Positions 46,694-55,806 of a stretch of DNA of 64,000 nt are shown here, piece by piece; within the stretch, counting starts at the first letter, position 1, and every line of letters begins with the position of its first letter. The position numbers were made by a program, and so were the translations under genes. The stretch comes from an uncultured Thermoplasmata archaeon. Its GTDB lineage: Archaea > Thermoplasmatota > Thermoplasmata > JAGHBH01. Below the pieces are notes generated by a model, which searched no databases, was not told where the DNA came from, and saw only the letters and a program-made list of their open reading frames with translations. The DNA lies in contig CAZROC010000005.1 of the NCBI GenBank assembly GCA_964601625.1, forward strand, positions 21,077 to 85,076, written 5' to 3'.

Positions 46694-48777
46694 GCCAGTA
46701 TGTTCATACCACTGGCCGCCGCAAAGACGAAAAGCGTCATGGCAGCCGGTAGAGAGTGCCCAAGAGATCTTTTAAAGGCGACACGGTCGTCGCCGCCGAG
46801 TATGCCCGTGGTGAAATAGGATGTTGTCACAACAGAGAAAAAAAGAAAAACAGCGAGCACCCCCATGAAGGCGTCTGTTGAAAGAGATGGCCTTGCTCCG
46901 AGCGTTGAGAACTCTCTTGTGAGAAGAGAGTAGAGAGATACAGTGACCCCCATCACAAGCGGGGCGAAAATGATGCTCGTGCTCTTCATCATATCAACTA
47001 CACTCTTCAACTTTGTTTTTATGTCATGGTCAACCTTTTGCATCTCACGCAGATAACTGGAAACGGATATTATCGTCTCGCCAGCAGAAACAGGGTCTTT
47101 TTTAACACATTCAACCAGCGTTTTCATAGCAGCACGTACGCCTCTGCTGTCCATGTTCTCCATCAACCCTCCACGGCCAAAAAGGATGTGGTCAAGCGGT
47201 TTTCTGCTTATTCTCAGGCGGTTTGAAATGTCCACCATGAGGTTGCCCAGGGGTGTGTCGCCCAGGGCCCGGCCAGACTTGTGCACTGCGGTCTCAAGAG
47301 GGTCCCCCTCCAGCAACCTGCTCCCGATGTGAAACAGGGCGTCTGGGAGCTCTTTTTCCATTTTCAGGAGGCGTTTTCGTTCCCTCTCGCTTTTCTCCGT
47401 GGAAACCACAAAAAACACTCCCAGACCATAGCTCACGGAGAGCAAAAAAACAACCACGCCCGGCAGAGCGGAGAAAACAGGGACATCCATGCCGACATCT
47501 CTGAGCGTCAACATGAGAACGGGAAAAAACCCGGCCACGGCACCAGCCAGCACGCCCTTCTTTTTCTCCCGACTCCACCCAACTTTTTCCACCTGTGGCG
47601 GAGCGGAAGTGCCCGGTCTCTTTCCGAGTATGTAATATGCATAGGCAAAGGTCGAGAAAGGAAAAACGACGTCCATGAGAGCCACAACAGCCAGGCCGAA
47701 ATCCCCGCTGCCTTTCTCCACGCTTTCGCCCACGGAGCCGGAGACGTCCTCCAGCTCGTCCACGCCCGTGACACTGTTAGAAGCGCCCGCTCCACCAGCG
47801 GTGACAGATATGTCCATTCCCTGGAGGGGTATAACTGCGCCCATCAGCATGGGGAGGACCACCCCCAGGGCGAAAAGCACGGTTGTTGGGCCGCTCAGAG
47901 AAGAGGCGAACTCTTCCACCTTTTCCTTTGAGCCGTTTATGACTATCATGTGTGCCTTTTCAAGTGCCCGTTCACGCATCTCAGGGGACGCCTCGGAAAC
48001 AGCGCTTTTTATGGTGTAAAGGGCGCGCTTGAACTCCTCACTCCACGCACCCCATCTCTGGGCAAAAACACTCAACGCCTCATCAACCGTTTGATGCCTG
48101 CGCAGAGCTACCTCGCGCAAAACCCTCCTGAAATGTGACGCCAGGGGCTCCTCGCTGTTCTCGGCAGCGAACTCAACCGCTCTCTCAAGAGAAGGCGAAG
48201 TCCTCAGGCTCATGGTCATGTAATTTATTGGCTCCGGTGTCCGACCGATTGAAAGCGCCTGGACCCTTTTTGCGAGAATCTCAGGATACGATGAGAGGAG
48301 CAAGAAAACAATCGCCGGCCCGAAAAGAACAACAGGAAGCAGATATGATCTGTAAAAATCGTAATGGGCGGGAAAGAGGGAGACCAGAGCGTAAAAACCC
48401 ATCAGAAGAGCGGTGAAAAAACAGACAGATACAACAGCAGAGAAACGGACGGCCTCCTGCGGGTAAACGTCCATGCCAAGAAAATATGTCGCCTCTGTAA
48501 AAGATGGCTGAAGAACCTGTCTGCGGGTCTTATCCCACTTCTTTTTTTCCCGTTCATATAGATCCCGGGCGTCCCGCACCTCTGGCGAACCTGGCGGGAA
48601 GTTCATCTCAACACCCAGAAGGTTTCTCTTAGCTGCCAGGAGGCGTTTTTCAGCACTGTACAGTTTTTTTCTGTCCACTCCGCCTCCGCCACCAACGGCT
48701 TTGCAGCCGATATAATACCACCTGCCGTACCGGGGAAAATATGACCGCCGCCGGTCATCGCCGTGCTTGTCCCTCAT
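46690..48777 (-). CDS. TadC/FlaJ/PilC-like polytopic membrane platform protein (two T2SS-F-like repeats)
   Basis: 695 aa. Two cytoplasmic helical domains, each followed by TM helices, give a GspF-like architecture. ATGA-coupled on both sides. Confidence 0.7.
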   Translation of the reverse strand: MRDKHGDDRRRSYFPRYGRWYYIGCKAVGGGGGVDRKKLYSAEKRLLAAKRNLLGVEMNFPPGSPEVRDARDLYEREKKKWDKTRRQVLQPSFTEATYFLGMDVYPQEAVRFSAVVSVCFFTALLMGFYALVSLFPAHYDFYRSYLLPVVLFGPAIVFLLLSSYPEILAKRVQALSIGRTPEPINYMTMSLRTSPSLERAVEFAAENSEEPLASHFRRVLREVALRRHQTVDEALSVFAQRWGAWSEEFKRALYTIKSAVSEASPEMRERALEKAHMIVINGSKEKVEEFASSLSGPTTVLFALGVVLPMLMGAVIPLQGMDISVTAGGAGASNSVTGVDELEDVSGSVGESVEKGSGDFGLAVVALMDVVFPFSTFAYAYYILGKRPGTSAPPQVEKVGWSREKKKGVLAGAVAGFFPVLMLTLRDVGMDVPVFSALPGVVVFLLSVSYGLGVFFVVSTEKSERERKRLLKMEKELPDALFHIGSRLLEGDPLETAVHKSGRALGDTPLGNLMVDISNRLRISRKPLDHILFGRGGLMENMDSRGVRAAMKTLVECVKKDPVSAGETIISVSSYLREMQKVDHDIKTKLKSVVDMMKSTSIIFAPLVMGVTVSLYSLLTREFSTLGARPSLSTDAFMGVLAVFLFFSVVTTSYFTTGILGGDDRVAFKRSLGHSLPAAMTLFVFAAASGMNILA

Positions 48778-51254
48778 TTGACCACCCCACCCCCACCCTG
48801 TTCAAACCCCTTCTTCCACTCCTCAAAAAACTCCGCGGCGTCATCTTCCCCGCCCGTTTTCCACCCCTCGTCAACCATGGACCAGAAAAGCGAATACGCC
48901 CTGCTGACACTCTCCGGCCTGACAGCGCCCGTAAAACCGCTGTTCCCCGCCACCTCCACCAGATACCCGTGTATTTTTCCCCGGACATCAATGTTGTAAA
49001 TCGCTTCTTCAACACGCATGCCCCAGTCCCTTGCTATGCGGGCGACTACCTCGGACCTGTAATAAAAATCGTCTGTTGGGACAAGAGAGTCTTTTACATC
49101 CGAGTATTCCATCAGAGCCCTGAACTCTCCCTCAACGTCTTTGTCTACCTCAGCCACAGAGAGAACCCGCCTCCGAACCCGGTGGCCGCCTCCGGGGCGC
49201 ACCAGACCGGCGACAACCACAACATCTGTGGCAGAAAAAGACGGGAACGGGATGCCGATGTCATGGACCACTCTCTCATAAACCGCCCTGGGGCTGTCGG
49301 CGTGAAAAGTTCCCATGACAGAGGAACCAGCAGTCCCGGTCCTCATGGCCTCATACAGCACCTTTGCTTCTTCGCTCCGTACCTCTCCGAGAACAAGGGC
49401 GCTCTCACCCAGACGCAGCGAAACCCGGAGCGCGTCTCTGCTATCAGAACCGTTTCCCACGAGCATGCTCTGGACCTTATATCCCAGTTTCTGCATCTCA
49501 CGGACAGGCAGCTCGGGGGTGTCCTCTATTGTCAGAACACGCTGGCTCTTCGGGAAAGCAAAAAGCATCCCGCCAAGAAGAGACGACTTGCCAGCACCCC
49601 TGCTACCCGCAATTATTATGGTCGCCCGCCCATCAACCAGAAACCACAGGAGACCACAGGCCATCGGGGAAAGAGACCCGGCCATCAAAAGGCGGGGGAG
49701 TGTCCACGGATCAAGCGAATGTCGCCTCAGAGCAAGTGCCACACCGCCGGGACTCAGAGGGGGCCCTATCAACGTCGCACGGGCGTTGAACTCCGGCATA
49801 TCCGTCTCCAGAACTGGGTTCGCTTCGGAAAAACCCCTGCCGCTCACGTGCCTGAGACGTGAGACCATGCTCTGAAGGTCCCTCTCGCTCAACGTTATGT
49901 TCGTGACCATTTTGGAGGGTATGTCCACGCCGGCGGAGCCAACGACCACGTGTACAGGGTTTTCCTCGCACGGAGCGTTAACATAGATGTCCTGGACATA
50001 AGGGTGTTGTAGGAGGAACTCCAGCACACCAACGCCTGTCGTGTACCTTCCGAGAATTAGAGCCAGTTTCCGCGCCTTCTCGGCATCTTCCATTATCGCG
50101 CCCCGCCTCGTCCTTTTTCTCCTGCGCTGCAGTTTTCTCAGGATGATCCTCTCAGCCAGTCTCTCAACAAAGGCCCTCGCAACATCCGGTTCTCCCATAT
50201 TTATCTCAGAGAGGTCCCTGGAAAGAATCTCCTCAATGGTCTCGTAAACCAGCACGACATCTGATTTTTTCATAGAATACTCGTCCGGTATCATATGGAG
50301 AAAGCCTTCTGTGGAACCTGGCAACCGGTACATCCGTGTCCAGACACCCCCCTCCCTCTTTCCACCCAGCAACGTACCATCTGGCGTCTTCTTCTCTATC
50401 CACGTCGTTGAAAAACACGGGCGAATCTGTCTGGTGCTTTCAAGAAAGGTGTCTATGTCTTCATAAAAGCCGCTCACGTCCACCCCCCTTATTTTGCGTA
50501 TAACATCTCCCAGCAGCGGATGGTTTTTTACTCGTATAGGCCCTCTCTTTTTTCCGTTGTCATCTCCTCCCCCGTCACCCACCCTTTTTATGTGCATATT
50601 GATCCCGGTGCCCTCGGAGATTCCCGCCCCCCCATCCAGGTGTTTTACCACGTGCTCCCTCATGGACTCCGCCATGGAGAGCAGCATAACCACACGATCC
50701 CTGGTCAAAGAAGAACACGAAAAACACCCCCTGTTTTCCCTCACCTGGCTGAAAGAACCGCTCAACAGCAGATCTCTGAGGTACATATAAAAATCTCCGG
50801 GGTCCAGAAAAAGCCGTTTCCTTGCCTCAGTGAAAACGTTTTTGGGGTTAACGGAGCACCTTTCACACCGGAGGCCAAGCAACCCACTCTTCGGTCCCTG
50901 GGACCGGACAAAACTGTCAAGCTCAGCCACGATCGCGCCAATCTTTTTTAACAGATCGACCCCGGGGCCAGGATACATCTCCTCATTATAGTCTTCCAGG
51001 ACAATCCTGTCCACAACAGTTTCCTGCGATACAACCCTTATGGCGCCAGCCCTGCACCGGAGGTTCAAAAGTGTCCCTGCACCAGGGCACGAACGGCACT
51101 GTAGAAAAACTGTGTTTTTGCCCCCATCCTTTTTCACCTCATAGCGGCAGATGGAACTTGAGAGATCAACATCCTCTCGCTCGCCACGGGCACAAACTCT
51201 CTCTTCATCTGAGCCCGAAACGGGATTCACAACACCGTCTTTCCCCATAAGCAA
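48774..51254 (-). CDS. FlaI/TadA/VirB11-family secretion ATPase with ~330-aa Cys-rich N-terminal extension
   Basis: The C-terminal half has Walker A (IIAGSRGAGKSSLL), ALVLGEVRSEEA (Asp/His-box region) and TIEDTPEL. The N-terminal 330 aa are unrelated to the usual FlaI N-domain and carry CRSC, CERC and CFSC motifs. Confidence 0.8.
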   Translation of the reverse strand: MLMGKDGVVNPVSGSDEERVCARGEREDVDLSSSICRYEVKKDGGKNTVFLQCRSCPGAGTLLNLRCRAGAIRVVSQETVVDRIVLEDYNEEMYPGPGVDLLKKIGAIVAELDSFVRSQGPKSGLLGLRCERCSVNPKNVFTEARKRLFLDPGDFYMYLRDLLLSGSFSQVRENRGCFSCSSLTRDRVVMLLSMAESMREHVVKHLDGGAGISEGTGINMHIKRVGDGGGDDNGKKRGPIRVKNHPLLGDVIRKIRGVDVSGFYEDIDTFLESTRQIRPCFSTTWIEKKTPDGTLLGGKREGGVWTRMYRLPGSTEGFLHMIPDEYSMKKSDVVLVYETIEEILSRDLSEINMGEPDVARAFVERLAERIILRKLQRRRKRTRRGAIMEDAEKARKLALILGRYTTGVGVLEFLLQHPYVQDIYVNAPCEENPVHVVVGSAGVDIPSKMVTNITLSERDLQSMVSRLRHVSGRGFSEANPVLETDMPEFNARATLIGPPLSPGGVALALRRHSLDPWTLPRLLMAGSLSPMACGLLWFLVDGRATIIIAGSRGAGKSSLLGGMLFAFPKSQRVLTIEDTPELPVREMQKLGYKVQSMLVGNGSDSRDALRVSLRLGESALVLGEVRSEEAKVLYEAMRTGTAGSSVMGTFHADSPRAVYERVVHDIGIPFPSFSATDVVVVAGLVRPGGGHRVRRRVLSVAEVDKDVEGEFRALMEYSDVKDSLVPTDDFYYRSEVVARIARDWGMRVEEAIYNIDVRGKIHGYLVEVAGNSGFTGAVRPESVSRAYSLFWSMVDEGWKTGGEDDAAEFFEEWKKGFEQGGGGVVK

Positions 51255-51298
51255 CCGCCAACGTGGTCCCTCATGGAGAAGTGGTTTAAAAGGTTTTG

Positions 51299-52315
51299 CT
51301 TTCTTAAAACGAGTGCAGTATCCCGAAATATTTTAACAGTTGTTCCTGTTAGGGGTATGCGGAAGTTGAATGATAGGAAGGTTCGTTGGATTATCAGGGA
51401 GATTGAGAAGGGTTCCAGTATGTCCAGGGTAGTTCGTATTCAGGGGGTTTCCCGTGTGCGTGTTTGGCAGTTGTGGCGGGAATACGTGGCCACTGGAGAG
51501 GTTCCACGGTTACGGAAGCCTGGTAGGAAGCCTGTCCCTATACCTCGGCATGAGAGAGAGCTGGTTTTTGAGATGTATGAGAGATACAAACTCGGCCCCC
51601 TGGCTTTGGAAAGAAAGATCAGGCGGGAGACCGGACAGCATATCCCACACAACAAGATATACCGGATCATGTTGGAAGGAGGGCTGATTGTGGAAAACCC
51701 AAGAAAGAAAAGACAACGCAGATATGTGAGATTTGAAAGAACACACTCGATGAGCATGTGGCAAGGCGACTGGAAACAAGTCCAAATAGACGGCGAAAAG
51801 AAATGTCTCATTGCCTTTATGGATGATGCCAGCAGACGAATAATGTGCTATGGAATCTACGATCATGCGACCACAGAAAACACCATACGGACACTAAGAG
51901 AGGGTTTCCGCAGACACGGGTGTCCTAGGGAGATTCTCATAGACCACGGACCACAATTCACAGCCAACAAAAAAAGAGACAAGAAAGGACGCGGTAAACA
52001 TCCTTTCCCAGAGTTCCTGAGACAACACGGCATAAAACATATTCTAGCAAGGGTCCAACACCCACAAACAAATGGCAAAATAGAACGCTTCTTCGGCACC
52101 CTCGAACAAAAACTCCCACTGTTCAACAACAACATACACGAACTCATACACCGGTACAACTATGACAAACCACACATGAGTTTGGATTTTGAGAACGCAG
52201 AAACACCAGAAGAAGCATTCTGGAGAAAACTCCCACCAGAAAAAATCCTTGAATACGCGGGGTGGTTACTTGAAGCGTAAAATCAATTCAGGATACTACA
52301 CTTTCTTAAAACGAG
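51299..52315 (+). mobile_element. IS481-like insertion sequence (987-bp core 51314-52300) with imperfect terminal inverted repeats and 15-bp direct target duplication
   Basis: Left end TGCAGTATCCCGAA (51314-51327) and right end TTCAGGATACTACA (52287-52300) are inverted. Identical CTTTCTTAAAACGAG copies flank both ends (51299-51313; 52301-52315). Confidence 0.65.
51357..52280 (+). CDS. transposase (HTH + DDE integrase-core/rve domain)
   Basis: DDE region (CLIAFMDDASRRIM...ILIDHGPQFTA...HPQTNGKIERFFGTLEQ) is typical of IS481/IS3-type rve. The Met at 51357 lies within the IS boundaries. Confidence 0.75.
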   Translation: MRKLNDRKVRWIIREIEKGSSMSRVVRIQGVSRVRVWQLWREYVATGEVPRLRKPGRKPVPIPRHERELVFEMYERYKLGPLALERKIRRETGQHIPHNKIYRIMLEGGLIVENPRKKRQRRYVRFERTHSMSMWQGDWKQVQIDGEKKCLIAFMDDASRRIMCYGIYDHATTENTIRTLREGFRRHGCPREILIDHGPQFTANKKRDKKGRGKHPFPEFLRQHGIKHILARVQHPQTNGKIERFFGTLEQKLPLFNNNIHELIHRYNYDKPHMSLDFENAETPEEAFWRKLPPEKILEYAGWLLEA

Positions 52316-52360
52316 CGATTGGTTTATATCCTCTGCTTTTTTTATGAGTGAGGAGAGAGT

Positions 52361-53398
52361 ATGAAAGTAATGATGTGTCCGCCAACTGGAACTCCATATT
52401 TAGATCTGTTGAAACAAGCGTTGGAGGAAGAAGGAATTAGGGTGGTCCCGGTTTCTTGGTTTGGCAAACAGACGGTGTATTCGCTATCTCAGCTTTTTAA
52501 AGGAAAAATAGGTGGGGCGAACATATTACATTTGCATTGGATGCCTTTTAACTGGTTTTACATGATGAGAATGGTGAGAAAGATATCTGGTTTTATTAAG
52601 GCAGAAATGGTATGGACCATTCACAACCTAATACCACATGAACCCAGATATGGAAGCACTGAAAAAGATATAGAGGCAATGAAATATATGGCTAATTGGG
52701 CGGTTGCGGGTATAGCACATTGCGAAAAAACGAAAGAAGAGTTTCATCAAATATATAGAAAAGATATGCCTATTTTTGTAATACCTCATGGTAATTTTAA
52801 TAAATATACCACTCCTTTTATCAAAGATCCAGAGGAATCACGAAAAAAATTGAATATACCGCCTGATAAAATAGTTCTTTTGCTGTTTCCTGCTAATCGT
52901 TGGAACAAGGGTATAAAAATGTTTATTGATGTAGTAAAGAAGCTTCCGGAAGAATATATGGGAATCCTTGCTGGAAAATGCAAAAATACAGAAATAAAAA
53001 ATTATATTAAACGAGAGACACAAAAAAATAGAGATAAATTTATAGTCAACCTTGGGTATCTAACTGATGAGGAAGCTGGATATTATTTTAGCGCCTCAGA
53101 CATATTTTTTATGCCATACACATACATAACTACTTCCGGTAGTGTGATGTATGCATTAGGGTTCAAAAAACCGGTCATTTCTACGCCAAAGGGTAACTTA
53201 TATCAACTTGTGAAAAACGGTATTAATGGCTTTTTATGTGAAAATGAAGAAGAAATGATAGAAAAAATACTTAGTATAGATCGGGAAACAGCTAGAAAAA
53301 TGGGAGAAGAAAGTTATAGAATAGCATCTCAACCTCAATTTAATTGGAGAGAAATTGCTAAAAAAACAATATCTGTTTATGAATATATAACAAAATAA
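52361..53398 (+). CDS. GT1/GT4-family glycosyltransferase
   Basis: C-terminal GT-B pattern (ALGFKKPVISTPKGNLYQLVKNGINGFL). AT-rich codon usage. Confidence 0.7.
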   Translation: MKVMMCPPTGTPYLDLLKQALEEEGIRVVPVSWFGKQTVYSLSQLFKGKIGGANILHLHWMPFNWFYMMRMVRKISGFIKAEMVWTIHNLIPHEPRYGSTEKDIEAMKYMANWAVAGIAHCEKTKEEFHQIYRKDMPIFVIPHGNFNKYTTPFIKDPEESRKKLNIPPDKIVLLLFPANRWNKGIKMFIDVVKKLPEEYMGILAGKCKNTEIKNYIKRETQKNRDKFIVNLGYLTDEEAGYYFSASDIFFMPYTYITTSGSVMYALGFKKPVISTPKGNLYQLVKNGINGFLCENEEEMIEKILSIDRETARKMGEESYRIASQPQFNWREIAKKTISVYEYITK

Positions 53399-53486
53399 AA
53401 GAACAAAATAATATAAAATAAAAAATAATATTAAGAGATATAAAAAACTGGCGGATGGATTTTTATACTGTAGGGACTATTTACCG

Positions 53487-54911
53487 TTGATGTTAGAAAA
53501 CGGAAAGCCAGACATCCTCTTTATAGTCTTGGACACTATGCGAAAAGATTATACTTTAATGCTTGAAAAAGAATTATCAAAATACAATTTTATATCTTAC
53601 GATAGGGCCATTTCTCCGGCTCCTTGGACCACACCATCTCACGCATCTATTTTTTCTGGGATGTATCCTGCTTTCCATGGGGTTCATGAGTCCAAAAGAA
53701 GAAAGCTGACAGATGTGTTTTTTAAAAAAGGGTTAAATAATCTTATTATTTCATTAAAAAATCATAAATATAAAACATGTCTGTTCAGTAGTAATAACTT
53801 TGTAACTCCAATCTATGGGTTTAAACCATTTGACCATTTTTTCTATGTTCACGCGTTCCCTCCCTCCTGGAACTTTTTATCAGATCAGGAGAGAAAAATA
53901 ATCTCTAAAATGAAATTTAATATCGACAATCCATTCCAAATGATAAATTTATTACATAATTCTGATGTTAAAATCACAGCTCTTAAATATATCTCCGAAA
54001 CGACGGCAAATATGTTAATTAGATTTAACGCAAAATTATTTTTTAATTGGCCAAAAAATAAAGGTAATCGCTTATTAACAAATAAAGTAAAAGATGTTCT
54101 TTTAAAAGAAAATAGTTCTTCATCTGATAGATATCCTCGTTTTATTTTTGTAAATTTTATGGAAGTTCATGAGCCATACACCATCAATGAACCAGTTAGT
54201 TTTTTGGATAATCTAAAAGAGAATGGGGCGTCTGAGAGGAATCTCTACGTCTGGAAAAAGAAATATAAGGAATTTTCTGAATATCTAAATAAAAATATAA
54301 TAACATTAATAAAAAACCTTGAAGATAAACTTGATAACATGCTAATCATAATTACCAGCGACCATGGACAGCTTTTAGGAGAGCATGGAAATAAAGTGGG
54401 TCATGGAACATATCTCTATGATGAACTTTTACGGGTTCCATTTTTAATTAGGTATCCGGATTCTTGGAAAAATAAAAATTCTCTTGAAAGATGGGAAACA
54501 ACAGACACCGAATCATGGCTTAGTTTGATAAAAGTAAAAGACATCATTGAAAAAGTTATCCTGTCCGATTCCTCCACTGTCTCAAAGAAGAAAATTCTAT
54601 CGGATATTGTATTCAGTGAAAGTTACGGGATACATCGTCGTGTAAGCTGGCTAAACGATTCTAAATCTCTGGCATCCAACGGAAAAACAGAAGAAATGGA
54701 GATAATCAAAAAAATCACACATTTAGAAAAGTACAGGATCGCAATATATTATAAAAATTCCAAAGTGATATTTAATGTTTCTGACTGGAAAATAGAAAGC
54801 ATTTCTTCTTTTAGTGATAAGATAATTGACGAAAAAGCTCTCATATATGAAGTGAAGAAACACGTCATGAATTTTATAAAAACTTCTACCGTACGCTCTT
54901 TAGTGCGTTAA
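53487..54911 (+). CDS. sulfatase-family (alkaline-phosphatase superfamily) protein
   Basis: N-terminus ILFIVLDTMRKDY...SPAPWTTPSHASIFSG resembles the sulfatase/phosphotransferase metal-site region. SDHG also present. Confidence 0.65.
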   Translation: MMLENGKPDILFIVLDTMRKDYTLMLEKELSKYNFISYDRAISPAPWTTPSHASIFSGMYPAFHGVHESKRRKLTDVFFKKGLNNLIISLKNHKYKTCLFSSNNFVTPIYGFKPFDHFFYVHAFPPSWNFLSDQERKIISKMKFNIDNPFQMINLLHNSDVKITALKYISETTANMLIRFNAKLFFNWPKNKGNRLLTNKVKDVLLKENSSSSDRYPRFIFVNFMEVHEPYTINEPVSFLDNLKENGASERNLYVWKKKYKEFSEYLNKNIITLIKNLEDKLDNMLIIITSDHGQLLGEHGNKVGHGTYLYDELLRVPFLIRYPDSWKNKNSLERWETTDTESWLSLIKVKDIIEKVILSDSSTVSKKKILSDIVFSESYGIHRRVSWLNDSKSLASNGKTEEMEIIKKITHLEKYRIAIYYKNSKVIFNVSDWKIESISSFSDKIIDEKALIYEVKKHVMNFIKTSTVRSLVR

Positions 54912-54956
54912 AAGTATGCCTTTTGTCCTTTTCGTACTTCCGGCGAGGATGTCAAG

Positions 54957-55806
54957 TTATTGCCTCCTTAGGTTGTATATTGTGATGAATGATAGGCACC
55001 ATGATAGTGCTGTTTCTGGTTTGGCGTTGTGTGGCCATCTTTTGTAGAATTGTTTGATTCTGTGTTTGAATATGTGGTACCATTGCTCTATTGGGTTTCT
55101 TGGTCCGAAGGTTTTGTGTTCCCATGTTAGTCCCATTCGTTGTAGGGCCCATGGGTTTGTTGGGAATTGCTTAGGGCAATTCCCCAAATCGTGCGGAATT
55201 TTAACAGAGTTAAAATTCCGTAGATACCATGGGCCCCCGTCTACGTAGATGTGTGGTTTGTTTGTACAGGTTTTTAGGATCTTTCTTAGAAAGATGTATG
55301 TGTCTAGTCCTGAGCGGGTTGTTGTTATTTGTATTGCTAGTATTTCCCATGTTTGTGTGTCTATGGCTGTCCACATGTAGTGCCATTTTCCCTGGATTTT
55401 TATCTTTGTCTCGTCTATTGCTATTGTTGGTCTATGTTTTTTCTCGGGTGTTGATAGTAGGTGTTTTGCTCTGTGGTACCATTGTCTGGCTGCCTCATAG
55501 CTGCCTCCCCCCGAACAGTCTCAGGACTTCCTCTGTTTTCCTATAGGATAGTCCCAGGTAGACTAATAGTATTTCCAGCGCTCTTATTTCCATGGGGGTT
55601 CTTTCTCTCACGAAAACCTTTTTAGCCCTTAACAATTCTACTATCCTCGTGAGCATATCCCATCCCTTCTGGCCCAACAAACCGGACCAAAACAGGGATA
55701 TGCTCACACCAAACTTAACACTTATCTTGACATCCTCTTCCGGCTTTATGGTATGCTTTTTATATAAGAGAGTATATAAGAGATTCTTGAGGGAATGCGA
55801 TGCCAA
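54957..55806 (-). pseudogene. IS6-family-like transposase, disrupted (N-terminal HTH ORF 55495-55806; DDE fragment 54957-55376)
   Basis: The N-terminal ORF (RERTPMEIRALEILLVYLGLSYRKTEEVL) and the C-terminal fragment (WTAIDTQTWEILAI...NPIEQWYHIFKHRIKQF) lie in different frames with a gap, so the element is degenerate. Confidence 0.5.

Noticed and set aside
54952-55152. 66-aa minus ORF overlapping the IS6 transposase fragment
   Set aside because: Alternative frame of the degenerate transposase region. No independent support.
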